Source: Paraphysomonas bandaiensis
Lineage: Eukaryota; Protista; Chrysophyceae
Length of the DNA stretch: 46,417 nt
Reading direction: 5' to 3'
NCBI GenBank assembly: GCA_965644295.1
Contig: CBFFRP010000506.1
Coordinates: 1 to 46,417 of the forward strand
A model generated the notes under the pieces. It searched no databases. It was given only the letters and a program-made list of their open reading frames with translations, and was not told where the DNA came from. Numbering within the stretch: the stretch's first letter is position 1; each line of letters opens with the position of its first letter. Below are positions 22,401 to 33,611 of the stretch, piece by piece. The translations under genes were made by a program, and so were the position numbers.

Positions 22401-25400
22401 TGTATCATACGCGCACCAGATAATCCAGTTACTCCTGTGGTGACTATATCTGCCCCAACTACTATCGGAGTTTGTGATGATTTTATTTTGGATCTAGCTG
22501 GTTCATATGGTTCTGGTGGAAGGGATTGGATATCAGTTACTATAGACGCATTTTACATGTCCGGGGTGTTGCGTTATCATGAGAATGCAGTCAATATAAC
22601 ATCCTTCTATTTCACTTCGTATAAGCTGAGTCCACCAACAGGACTACCAAGTGCTTTTCTTCAAGCTAATACCACGTATTTATTTGACGTCACGTTATGT
22701 AATTTTTTAGGAAAGTGTGGTACTCACAGTCATGAGTTGCTTGTTGAGAGTGTTGCTGTTCCTGTAGTTTCGATCACGGGGCCTAGCAAAAGAAATATTC
22801 ACTCTAAATACCCCTTAAGCTTGTCTTCCAATGCATATATATCACAATGTGGAGGAGGAATATCACAGTCTCGGTTGAGCTACCAATGGACTGTATCAAA
22901 GTTTGGTGTGACTGACAGTGGCCTGAAAAATATCCACTTGGATCCTACGAAATTTAAAGTACCTGGGTATTCACTTCGTGTGGGTACGACATACACTGTA
23001 ACCTTACGCGTTTTATATGAGCTATCGAAAATGTCGTCAACAGCGTCTGTTGTTGTCACTATACTTCCCTCAAATGTCGTGGCATTGATTAGTGGGGGGT
23101 CCGTTCAGACCGTGAGATTTGGTGATACACTAGTAATCGACGGATCAGAGAGTTATGATGAAGATGTACGTGATTTTCGAGGTGCGGGTGCTGGCTTGAC
23201 ATTCTTGTGGAGCTGTTCTGGATTCGATGTTGGATGCAAAGTTAACATCACGTCGAGTTTGTCAGCTGAATCATTAACCTTGGTTGCTGATTCAGATACA
23301 TTTATTGGCTCTGTATCTACAATAACTCTCACGGTCTATGGTAATGCCAACCGAACAGCGTCTGTTACCACGACTGTAACTGTTCTACCAGCGCTCTCAC
23401 CAAAAGTGACTCTTGACGCCTTGGCTTCGACAATCCGATACGAGGATAGAGTAAAGGTACAAGGTGTTGTTGACTCTCCAATTACTGTGACTGGGACATG
23501 GTCTGTTAATGACAGTACTATAGATTTAGCGTCAGTGTCACTCACGCCAGTTAGCACGTCCTTCACACCCGGTGTGGTTTCCATATTTAATCTTGTTGTC
23601 GGGGGCAGTTCATTGTATGTTGGGTCGTCCTTTACGTTTACACTAACTGTTGGCACTGTCGTGACATCTGTGGATGTCGTCGTTGTAGGCCCACCAGTTC
23701 CAGGTATATTTAAAGTAGATCCAATTGCCGGGTATGAGTTGCAAGATATTTTCTCAATGTCCACTTCGAATTGGTTTGATACAGAATTGCCTCTAACCTA
23801 TTCCTTTGGTTATGTTTCTCTCAGTGGTACTTTTTCGACTGTACATACACGAAGTGAGTTGTCCTATATATCAACGATACTTCCAGCTGGCCCTGAAAAG
23901 CTTGATAGAAAGGTGGTGTGTCGGGTAGTTGGGTATAATGTGTTGGATGCTATGGCGGACTTAAATTTTGACGTTGTTGTTGAGCTTAATACCGTGGTGG
24001 AGGTGGGTTCAACCATAGACAGTTTGTTGAATACCAGCTTGGACAGTGCGGATTCTACTTGGCGTGTTCTAAACGTTGGAACCAGTGTAGTCAACAAAGT
24101 GAACTGTACGACATCTATAAATTGTTCAGATGTGTTTCGGGAGGAGTGTTCGACAGTTAGTTTTACGTGTGGGGAGTGTGTTGCCGGATACTTTGGTGAG
24201 AGTGGACATGCCAATTCCAAATGTTATTCAGAATCTACTGAAAACATCGCAGAAAATTTACATCCTGATGGAAGCTGTACTACTGAGTCAGAATGTGGAG
24301 CATACCAGATTTGCAGTAATGGCTGGTGTATATACCCTCCGAAGACGTGCATTAGTGGTTGTTCCGAAAGAGGAACATGTGTTGCAGAACACATAGCTAC
24401 TGGTGTTTTTATTGACAGTTGCTTGGTGCACGATACATCTTGTCGGGTGGTATGTGTATGCAACAGCGGTTACTCAGGAAGTACATGTGGTATAAGTGCG
24501 GCTGAAGTGGAAATTAAGCAACGTGCGAGGTTAGCTTTGATTCAAACGGCTGAATCCGGTGTGCAGCTTCGGGACGACACTGAAGATGGACTCGAGTCAA
24601 CTGTTTCCCTTCTGACAGAACTGGCGTCGAATCCTACGGAGCTTACCGCCGAATCCTGTATAATTCTTCAGCGTGTGATGGAGAAAACATTACATGCAGC
24701 AGATGAGCTAGGCGTATCATACGAAAGAATTGAAGGTTTGTATGGTGCAATCGATACGTGTGCAGTAGTATCCTCATCCACAGTTACGGTAGACATTCCA
24801 AGTCGCCGTCTTTCCGTGACCAGCTCAGATGCGTTTAAGTCTCTTTTGAACCAGTTCTCTGATATAGTGTTATCTAATATGTTTCCTGGACAAGAAGATG
24901 TGGGTTATATAGAGGATATATCGCGAAGTGTATCGTCAGTGCAGTCGTTTATAAGTGGGGTTATTGATATACCTCTTCCTCGAACCAAAGAGGAGATAGC
25001 TTTTGAAATTCTAAAGTCGAAAGTGAGTATTCTTCTGAATTCGAGTGATTTAAGTTCAACCTTATCAGTGAATGTTGTTGAAACTCCAACGAAGGTGTAT
25101 TCTAACAGTTCTACTTTTGTTTCCAATCCAGTTGCTGTACGCTTGTCAATGCCCTCATATGAAAACACTACAGAAATTGCTGAGATGAATGTCACCCTTC
25201 AGAATGTGATGTCGATAGATTACAATAAGTCGGTTGACTTCAATGCCTCACATTACATTTTTAACACCACATGTGATAGTGATCATCATATGAATGTATA
25301 TAACTACACATGTCCTGTATCTGGAGTGGTAATATCTCATTTTTGCAACGTGTCTGGAGTCCTCTCTTCCACCTGCCCTCAGCCAAAATTGACTCCAGCA

Positions 25401-28400
25401 TGTCGTACCATGGTCTCCGGAGTTGTAATTTATGACGATTCGAATTGTTTAGTATTATCGTATGACAGCACTTCTACCACTTGCACATGCACAATTGCGA
25501 CTATAATCGACACTGAAAAACTTTCGAGTGGTGCTCTACGATCCAATGGTATTTTAGAGATGGTCGCGATGTCGGAGTACACATATTCGGGAGCTCTTGA
25601 AACTCTATATGACGCAGACGATATTACTCTTTCCGATTTATCAAGTAGCAAACTTGTCCTGGGTCTCTTGGCGTCGATGTGGTACGATGCATAAATATAT
25701 TTCTGTTGTATTTTATTCTTGTACTATTAGGGGTACGTATTTCATGGCGCTATTATTGATTAATGTATACGATTCCCCTAACGAAACTACCGGTCAAAGA
25801 AACAAAGAGAGTGGTACGGACAAGGAGAAGGAACTTCTCATGCACTACATTCAGTCTACTATCCCAGGTATCGGCGTATAGTATTCGTTTTGAATGTATC
25901 TATTCTTCTCACCTCAACTCTAATTTGACGCAGCTACAGTCTCGAAGACAACGTATAGTCTCAAAGGAATATTAGCGGAAGTCTGTAGTCGCCACAAGAT
26001 CGGGGAGATACTTTCGACGGTTCGCAGCAATAGAGCGGCGTTTCAGCTCAATATGACGTACTTCTTTACAATCAACAACATGTAATGACCATTTGCTTTT
26101 TTGAGTGTATTCTTATGTTATTTACAAGGCTGATGTTCGTTTTGGCTCTGTGCTATGATTTGGGTGAGTCATTGAGGGAAAAATGTGGATATCCCATATG
26201 CATTTAATCTGTTGTTCAGAAAACCCAGAAGATGATGGTACGTGCAGTAGCTATACGAATGAAGACGATTGTTTGCAAGAAACATCTATGTTTGACTCGT
26301 CCAAAACAATGTGCGAATGGGCGGAAGGAGGCCTAGACAACTTTTATTGTGCATACCGCCCTCCTCAATATGGCGTTAAAGTAATACTTCAGTAGTTCAC
26401 ATTAAAATAATGCTTTCGATTTACTCTGCCGTTTATACTATGCAGGTTATAATAATTGTTTCGGTATTTGTGTCGACACTGACGGCTCCAGTCAACCTCT
26501 GTGTTGATTTCGTTTTTGATAGGTAAGCTTCTGACGCGTTCAAATAATTCAATGCTCGTAATTTTGTTGATAGCATCCTAGCAGCTCCGCTAGAAGATGA
26601 ACAGAAGGCGAAAAAGAACGTTTTTATGAGGGTATTCCATCAAACTTCTGCCGGCCGTCGTAGGGTCTCAAATACAATTCTCCCATCTATCTCAGATATT
26701 TCCACAAGAAAAACTATGGTTCGGAAGCAGTCAAGCATTCTTGAAAATTTCGTAGTTGACTTTTCCAGAGATATACCAGATGATGTTTGTGGGGCTCACG
26801 CGGAAGCGCTGACAGTAACAGCGCACATACTGGGAAATCAGAATGAGGAAAGCACTTCCTATGGCGGCAGCCACGAGTCTTATTGGCAAAGATACAAGCA
26901 GCGATTTATCCTCACCATGAACGAATTTGAGTTAAATCAAGGGCCTGATACTACCCATATTAAGAGAAAAGACGCTGACTCGACCTTTGAACAATTTGAA
27001 GAATACTTTGCGTTTTGTCTGAAAAACATGCCGCAATTTGAAAGAAATCAGCTAGAAGTTGCATGGAAGTAAGTGGTCGTTATAAATTGTAATCGCTTTA
27101 CGTAATTTGCCTTTGCAGCTGGGACACAATTTACAATTGCTTTAGCAATAAAGTTGCAATCCAGACAGCATTAAGTTTTGTGGATGAGACGTGTCACGAA
27201 AAAATCAGCAAGCTCAAGACAGCAACTGACATTCATCAGGTGTGGCAACATACTGTACCTAAAAGCACACCAAATATATATTACTTGACAACACAATTTC
27301 CATTTTTTAGGGTCTTGAAATACTTCATCTCTTTGTTATTGATCTCCTAGGAAGGTAGTTTTTGTCATTGTATTGCTATATTAATACCAACATTATAATT
27401 ACAGAGACACACCTGCTGGAAAAATATTGCGAATAATATTAGATGAGGAGTAAGTTTTGTATATATATTTCGACCATACTTTTCAATTGTGCTCTTCACC
27501 TTGCAGGTTTAAACATACTTATGTGGTAACTAGTGGCGCCAAGGCTCTAGCATGGACATCAGTATTTCTGATGAACTGCTTTTTCTTCTTCTTTATCTTA
27601 CTTCGAGCATCTAGCAGAGATTATTCATGGCAAGTTGGGTTTTGTATTGCCTGTGCCATTCAGTTCGCGATGGAGGTCTTCATTTTCGGTAAAATGTCAC
27701 GGTGTATTGTTGAATCGCGTTAATATAATCGTAGAAACGACGGAAATATTGTACGTGTATTTTTTAATGCCGCGAATGATTGCTACCGATGTTGCAAAAG
27801 CGCTTAATATGATTGAAGGCGTTGTTGATAGCCTGTGGAACGAGGAAGCTATATGTAATGGAAACACCTTCAATGCAGCGCCATTCTTGTTTTCTTCGCA
27901 CAGACTGGCTCTTTTTTTTCCTAACTCTCTAGAAGCCAAGTTGGTTCAGAGGTACTCATCTCAATATCCCCCTGCTGGAATGAACTTACAAGGTCGTCAA
28001 CGTAATAATGAGTCTTCAACGCATCAGAAAGGGTTTGTTGGATTAATATGTAGACGGCTGGGTTTAGTATCCTTTTCGATGCTGCTTCTTGGTGCCATAG
28101 GACACATTCCACTGCGGTATGTATATCTCCTACGGCCATCTAGTTGATAATATTTTGTTAGGTTGCAGAAAGTAGCTATCCACACATTGCAACCTATAGC
28201 GGTTGGATTTTCTTATGTTGCTATAGTCTTACTTGTGAACAATCCTGTGTATGTGTTATTACTTGCTGGCATGATAATACTTGGTATTATACACAAGCTC
28301 ATAGGCGATTGGAGGACGAAGATATTCCCCGAGGAAAAGTCCCTGTCCACAGTTTCGAGCTCGAATTTTGATAAATCCAATGCTGTATACCCGTCTTGTA

Positions 28401-28885
28401 TCACTGCGAAGGTCGGCAACGTAGATGAGGAAATGATGAGTGAGATATTGCGCGAAGTAGACGATAGCGTTGAAATGGCGCATTCAATTAATGATAGCAG
28501 TAGCAATGAATTAGACCGAAGTCTCCAGTCATCTGAATCTATCAACAATTATTCTGACAGCCAATCTTCTGTGAATTCTTACTCATCCTTAGAAAGTAAT
28601 GACTATTCAAGCTGGGAATTAAACAGTGAGTGTGATATTGATGAATTACTATTGGCCCATCAACGAGGAAATATAGCACAAAGGGTGATTTGGGAAAGAG
28701 AAAGAGAATTCAGCTGGAGCACTTCATCTTCTTCTGACATCTGCTATTGTGATGATGGAGTGAGTGTATGGAGTCATTCCAACCTCTCCGAAACACTCGG
28801 CTATCTGAGAAGCTGTAGCAGTTGCCACTGTTCTAGTCTATCCCACGATTTGAACAGCGATGAAGGCTGTGGAGCATCTCATTAG
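7428..28885 (+). CDS. Giant (~6,934 aa) polycystin-1-like cell-surface protein: N-terminal hydrophobic signal, two REJ+EGF-like modules, P(S/T)xx mucin-like array, GPS-like region, multi-pass membrane domain, acidic Ser-rich tail
   Basis: Exon 1 is 7428-25681. Hand-traced GT-AG introns at 25682-25730, 25868-25933, 26082-26128, 26164-26219, 26381-26445, 26523-26573, 27069-27118, 27240-27310, 27355-27404, 27450-27506, 27689-27734 and 28117-28161 give an open 20,805-nt CDS joining the downstream ORF fragments. REJ-like motifs: IDGSESYDED, LTFLWSC, PP.PG.F.VDP..G...WFDTELPLTYSFGY. EGF-like motifs: CSERGTC, C.CNSGYSGSTC. Confidence 0.88.
7813..10755 (+). repeat. Copy 1 of 2,943-bp intragenic direct duplication (REJ/EGF module)
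   Basis: Matches 21886-24828 at a constant offset of 14,073 nt (in frame); only 5 differences seen. Confidence 0.97.
10786..21885 (+). repeat. Coding minisatellite of 12-bp units encoding P-S/T-x-x tetrapeptides with higher-order Cys nodes
   Basis: Recurrent words such as CCATCAGGACAA, CCTACTGGTCAA, CCGTCTGGCATA, CCTTCCGGTGTA and CCAAGTGGGTTA. Homogeneous to ~21100, degenerate afterwards. Confidence 0.98.
21886..24828 (+). repeat. Copy 2 of 2,943-bp intragenic direct duplication
   Basis: See copy 1. Confidence 0.97.
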
Positions 28886-29273
28886 TCTTATGCCCAGCAG
28901 AGTTTCTATTAACAGTGGTGATGATATGGGATTGGATGAATTCATATAGCCAGCTATCTAGTTCTGGTGCAATTCTTTTGTATGAGAATTAGGTGCACTT
29001 GCCATATGTATTTCATCATGTTTGCGAAGATTTCGTCTTGCAATATCCAAGTCCACGCACAAGACGACGATGAAATATACAGAAAATAAAGAATTCTTTC
29101 TTTCTTACTTTACTTTTACGCTTCATATTAGCGAGCTCTGTAAACAGGCCTGAAAGCTATAAAATAATTAAATTAGGTTTATGCTATTGATAGAATAAAT
29201 AAAGTATTTGAAACCGTAACTTAATTCCTGTGTGCTCAATCTGTCTGGGATAGAGTCAAACCCTGTGGAACGA

Positions 29274-29858
29274 TTTTTTTTTGATCATCACTTTTGTCGC
29301 TACTGAGGCCAGTCCCTTCCGTAGTGAGTGCGTGCCGGGTGGGTGTGCTCAGATAGGAACATTGTAGCTGGGTTCAGATGATTGTTGGTGCATATCCCTT
29401 ACTGACTGATTATCGCTCCCACTCTGTTCAGAAATGCACTTTTTCGGCACCTATCATGACCATCAGTGCTGATTAAGTACGTCTGATTATTGCTTGATGG
29501 CTAATGCATTTCGTCAGGGGTCCGACCTTTAGGTAACGCCTCTGTTGTGCTGGAGGTTGGGGATATGTGTGGCGGAGTCGTTAGGCGAGGCGGAGTGTTG
29601 TGGTATGTGTAAGAGGAGGGTACTGGAGTTAGTTGAGGCCGCGTGGGGAACGTTATGAGCGTTTTTTTTGTTTTTGGTGGTGGTTCGTGGGGGTGTGTGG
29701 CTTAGCGCGAGGACATCTGGGGGTGGAAGATACCTGAAGGAGGGTAAGTATTGGCGGGTTGAGTACGATGGACATGGGATCGTGGTGGCTAGGTTAAGTA
29801 GAGTGCGTTTGCGTCTGTGTTACGTGTGGGTGTGCTCAAATAGGAACGTTGTAGCTGG
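29274..29858 (-). mobile_element. Possible 5'-truncated poly(A)-tailed retroelement remnant
   Basis: G-rich island. The minus strand has a 96-codon ATG-less open frame (29819-29529, ending ...QHNRGVT*), a ~245-nt trailer and an A9 tail (T9 at 29274-29282). A 33-bp direct repeat lies at 29339-29371 and 29826-29858. No recognisable domain and no TSD found. Confidence 0.35.
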
Positions 29859-30254
29859 AAAATTTGCCAATCAACTGGCTGGCTGAAGATCGTATCACCT
29901 CATAATATATAGCTATTGATCATATCATCTCAAGATGTATAGCTACTGATGATAGGTACAAACCTACAAGCCTATTATGTGTTAGCATAGAAGCTTGGTT
30001 GTATGTATGTGTAGTCACTTTTTATCATATTATTAGTCATAATTGTGTGACAGTATAATGGCCAGTCTACACTTTAACCTCAGTACACAAGAGAAATATC
30101 GTAATAATATGCTGAGCACCTCTACAACAATCATATTGCGTTACATGGCATAAGCTGATTGCAGATATTCAACGGTTTCAAAGTATTTACATATAGTAGT
30201 GTAAATTACGTTGTGTATCCGTTACTGTATGTGTACTAGAATACACTCATAGAA

Positions 30255-30691
30255 AGGAACAATAGTGTGTGTGCAACAAAAATGGACTAGAATCATTAGA
30301 TAGCAATGCTTATTCCTCAGCATAGTCGGACTCGCACTTTTCGTGGTGTTCTGGGGAATAAGTACCGGAGAGATTCTCCCTGGAAAACTAACGTGAGCCG
30401 CATATATAGTCAGCAGATATTGTTCTTCCCACTCATAGCCTAATGCTTGTGTGGTACAAGGGACACTAATTGTGTCACTTGTGTAGACGTCTTTGGGCCT
30501 TGACGAATAAACAGGCGTCCGGGAATGGGCCCACCTCAAGGGCATTCAGGCTAGTTCACCTTGAGGACAGAGAGTGATTTGTTGCACCTTGGTGCTAGCG
30601 GCGGCGCACAAGCAGCTTTCGTAGCGCAAAAGAGTAGGATATCAGAATTACGCACTAGTTAGTGAAATTATTCTGCTACATTAGTTCTGAT
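30255..30691 (+). ncRNA. Candidate unidentified structured RNA (multiple helices, two possible pseudoknots)
   Basis: Eight 6-12-bp complementary pairs found by eye within ~440 nt; G-U pairs consistently favour the + strand. No family recognised. Confidence 0.35.
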
Positions 30692-31392
30692 TCTTACACG
30701 CCTCTTTCTAATAAGCAGACATTTCATACTTCAATGCTCATCATTATTTATTCAAGGGTGTTTAAAGTACAGTAATATTATTATATAAAGGTATTTAAAA
30801 TTCTATATATATATATATATAAGATAGTTAATTACTTTAAATATAAGGATAAATAAAGCTGTGTTTTATTACGATATGGAGAATCTTTCTGGCTCAGGAA
30901 AAAAGCATCAGCGCCTTAACCGTCCCCGTGCTCTCCTCTCTGTGTCTGCATGAAAATCAGTATTTTTGGGATGCGGTTACAGTGCAGAAAGTCATAGCAA
31001 TGGAATTGAAGGCTATTAATTGGAAATAGTTGCGAATTCGTTGCAATGCCATTAATTGGATTCTTGGTTAATAACAGTAGCACTCTTTGAAGACATATAT
31101 ATATATCATACATATATTGATCACCAGTGACTTTAATGCTAGTAATATGTTTCGAAAAAAGTGGATGACATATGCCACTCTACCCGCAGGGCAATGGTAA
31201 TTTCTTATCAATGACAATTCTTTTACTGAAACGGATAAGTGTAATCGACAAAACAGTACTTCCCAAGGACGCCTACTACTTAAAAGTACTCAATGACTAT
31301 TACAATCACGAAACTATACTCCAATGAGTGACCTATATTCAAATATGTATACTGACAGTAACTGAGCTCTATTTTGTTAACAACATGCGGGC

Positions 31393-33219
31393 TCAAACAA
31401 CAGTAAGTTTTACTCTGCCGCTTCTGAATAGAGGTAGAATTGAAGCTTCCCAGGATCCGTCCCCAGGAACCCGAGTGTCAACAGAGCGATAACCTGAAGC
31501 AGATGTATCGTACCCGTTAACATGTGTAACGAGGTAGGGACGGCCGAGCACCATTCCCTCTTCAACCCAAGGGCACTGTGCTGCGATACAACGCACTACA
31601 ACCCACCCCCCTTCACCACCCGCCCTCGTCACCTCGAGCGCACCAAGGTGCTCAACCGGGTCATCTACCACCACCTCTAAAGCCTCACAAAACCGAAACC
31701 AAACCCGCACTGCGCGCAGCAAAGGTCTACCCGAGGACGACAGAAGTCCCCCCGATCGGACTGACTGTAACAGGCATCCAGCATAAGGACTTGCATCACC
31801 CACCAACACTGTTTCCATGCTCACTAGAGCCACTGCTACACCCTGTGCTCGAAAAGCTTGTAGCACTGCCATCCCACGGCGTGAGGTTCGGTACACGTCA
31901 TCGTATATGGGTGACTTCCTGTTGCCCTTCGACCCAGGCATTACTGTAAACACGTGAACGGTTTGTTCGACAGCGGCAGAGAAGAGAGAGAGTGCATCTT
32001 GATGCCTGTAAAGTGCAGGGGCATGCTCCAGAACCATGCGCAAAGGCAATTCTTCGACAGAGGATAGTAGAGAATCAAACTCTTGTCGGGACCGACATAG
32101 AACTTCGCGGCTGTTTATCATGCGCACCACACAACCCTCCTGCAACCTGGGGTCCAGAGACCGCCTATCCCCAACTAATTTAACCACCACTATGGAGGTT
32201 CCATCTGCATGGAGATCAAACACAAATGGTGGTGAGCGCCCGGACAGAACCAGCTCGAAGGTGTTCTCGGGCAGCTGTCCCTCGTCATCGGAACCCAATG
32301 AGGAGTCACCCTCACTACCTCCTCTTTCAGTTTTTTCATGTTGAGGAGCAGAGACAGACTCTGGAGCAGACACAAAAGCCCGCATTTTGCTGGTGAGAGA
32401 GAACAAGCTAGATGTAAGCAGTGAGGCTGAGGAAGACACCGAAGCTGCGAGATCTTCGTGGTGCTCCCTAACACTAATGGGTGTAGGTGTGGGGGCAGTC
32501 CCCTCTTCAGACTCGGACTCGGTGGAGACTGTGCCTGCATACCTGCGCATACCTGAGCCATGGTCCTCCTCATCTATAGATCCCTCATCTGTCTTATTGC
32601 TCTCTTCTTCGTACTCTGCTGGTCCGGTTTCATCAAGTTCCTCAAAGACAACGACGAATGGTATCGACGCCCCTTCAACAAGCTTCTCCATTTCTTCGCT
32701 CGCATTTTCACTTGGAGGTACAACTTTTTCATTCACTCCAACGACAACAACACCACGATGTAGCCGAGGGTCAATAGTTTTCGATACATGTGATACAACA
32801 ACAGATCCATATGAATTCGTTGCAAACTCAAATGGAATATTTTTTGTATTAAATTGTATAGAAAATGTTTTTTTACGATATAAATGTGATGGTATAATAC
32901 TTCCTGCAACAGCTGTGGCTTTATTTAATTGACTAGTAGCCATATCAGCTACCCTCCCTAGATTAAAGTTCCATGTATCATGTGTATCTTCTGAGGCATA
33001 TACAGACCCTCCTAGAGGGTTAATGGGTTTACCAAGAGTGAATTCACCGCTATCTGCACTTCCTTCATGATCATCATCGATTAGATCGTCTTCATATGAG
33101 AGATTAGAGGGATCTGTTGGAGAAATATGATTTGAGTTGTCTTCATCATTATCAGAGTCATGAGAGTGATCTTGAGGTGGAGATGACTCTATGGGGATGT
33201 CATTAGATGAGTCGGACAT
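31393..33219 (-). CDS. Hypothetical protein with acidic disordered linkers and 2-3 divergent PDZ-like repeats
   Basis: Intronless 608-aa ORF with an internal repeat TF.(I/L)....PF.F....S(V/I)VV....DPRL..G.VV..(V/I)N, resembling the PDZ beta-strand/G-D...VNG pattern. Confidence 0.7.
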   Translation of the reverse strand: MSDSSNDIPIESSPPQDHSHDSDNDEDNSNHISPTDPSNLSYEDDLIDDDHEGSADSGEFTLGKPINPLGGSVYASEDTHDTWNFNLGRVADMATSQLNKATAVAGSIIPSHLYRKKTFSIQFNTKNIPFEFATNSYGSVVVSHVSKTIDPRLHRGVVVVGVNEKVVPPSENASEEMEKLVEGASIPFVVVFEELDETGPAEYEEESNKTDEGSIDEEDHGSGMRRYAGTVSTESESEEGTAPTPTPISVREHHEDLAASVSSSASLLTSSLFSLTSKMRAFVSAPESVSAPQHEKTERGGSEGDSSLGSDDEGQLPENTFELVLSGRSPPFVFDLHADGTSIVVVKLVGDRRSLDPRLQEGCVVRMINSREVLCRSRQEFDSLLSSVEELPLRMVLEHAPALYRHQDALSLFSAAVEQTVHVFTVMPGSKGNRKSPIYDDVYRTSRRGMAVLQAFRAQGVAVALVSMETVLVGDASPYAGCLLQSVRSGGLLSSSGRPLLRAVRVWFRFCEALEVVVDDPVEHLGALEVTRAGGEGGWVVVRCIAAQCPWVEEGMVLGRPYLVTHVNGYDTSASGYRSVDTRVPGDGSWEASILPLFRSGRVKLTVV

Positions 33220-33417
33220 TTGTTATGATAGAGGGTTATGTGTGGAGGTGTATGATATGATCTGTTGTGAATATATTCATATAATTAATTGTATCATATA
33301 TATATACATGTGACACTTGCAACATACATATACATACAGCAGTACACACACTTCTATATATGGATACTGTGTACTTGTATGTATAGAAGTATAGCCGAAT
33401 ATTTCGAACACAGCTGT

Positions 33418-33611
33418 CTGTACTTCTGTACATACTCTGTATGACACTTGGTGTACATATACCAGCACTTCTGTGTTTACAGCAGTACGGAGTGTACAGC
33501 AGTACATACACATACGCTGCCTGTAACCGCTGTACTTCTGTACTTCTGTACATTCTGTATGACACTTCGTGTACATATACTGTACCAGAACTTTTGTGTC
33601 TACACCAGTAC
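33418..33611. repeat. Imperfect ~70-bp direct duplication in a TGTAC-rich divergent promoter region
   Basis: CTGTACTTCTGTACAT..TCTGTATGACACTT(G/C)GTGTACATATAC...CTT(C/T)TGTGT(T/C)TACA occurs near 33418 and again near 33537. Confidence 0.7.

Noticed and set aside
7813-24828. The 2.94-kb direct repeats as LTRs of a giant retroelement
   Set aside because: They encode in-frame REJ/EGF protein, lack TG...CA ends, PBS, PPT and TSD, and enclose no retroelement genes.
25597-28885. ORFs at 25597, 26183, 26626, 27457, 27635 and 28163 as separate genes
   Set aside because: They join through canonical introns into the giant gene's reading frame.
29416-29424. Minus-strand GAGTGGGAG identical to the copia PPT
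   Set aside because: A 9-nt match with no adjacent LTR or RNase H sequence; compatible with chance.
29946-29970. Hammerhead-like CTGATGA followed by a TAGGT/ACCTA hairpin
   Set aside because: It is followed by CAAG rather than GAAA, has no G-C closing pair in stem II, and has no convincing stems I or III.
30285-30412. Group I intron core (GACTA with ATATAGTC, P7-like)
   Set aside because: P and Q elements and the R-element context were not found, and there is no host exon.
30486-30533. HDV-like ribozyme (GAATGGG end, pseudoknot)
   Set aside because: No P3/L3 consensus, no P1.1 and no catalytic C in the expected position. Kept only as part of the unidentified structured region.
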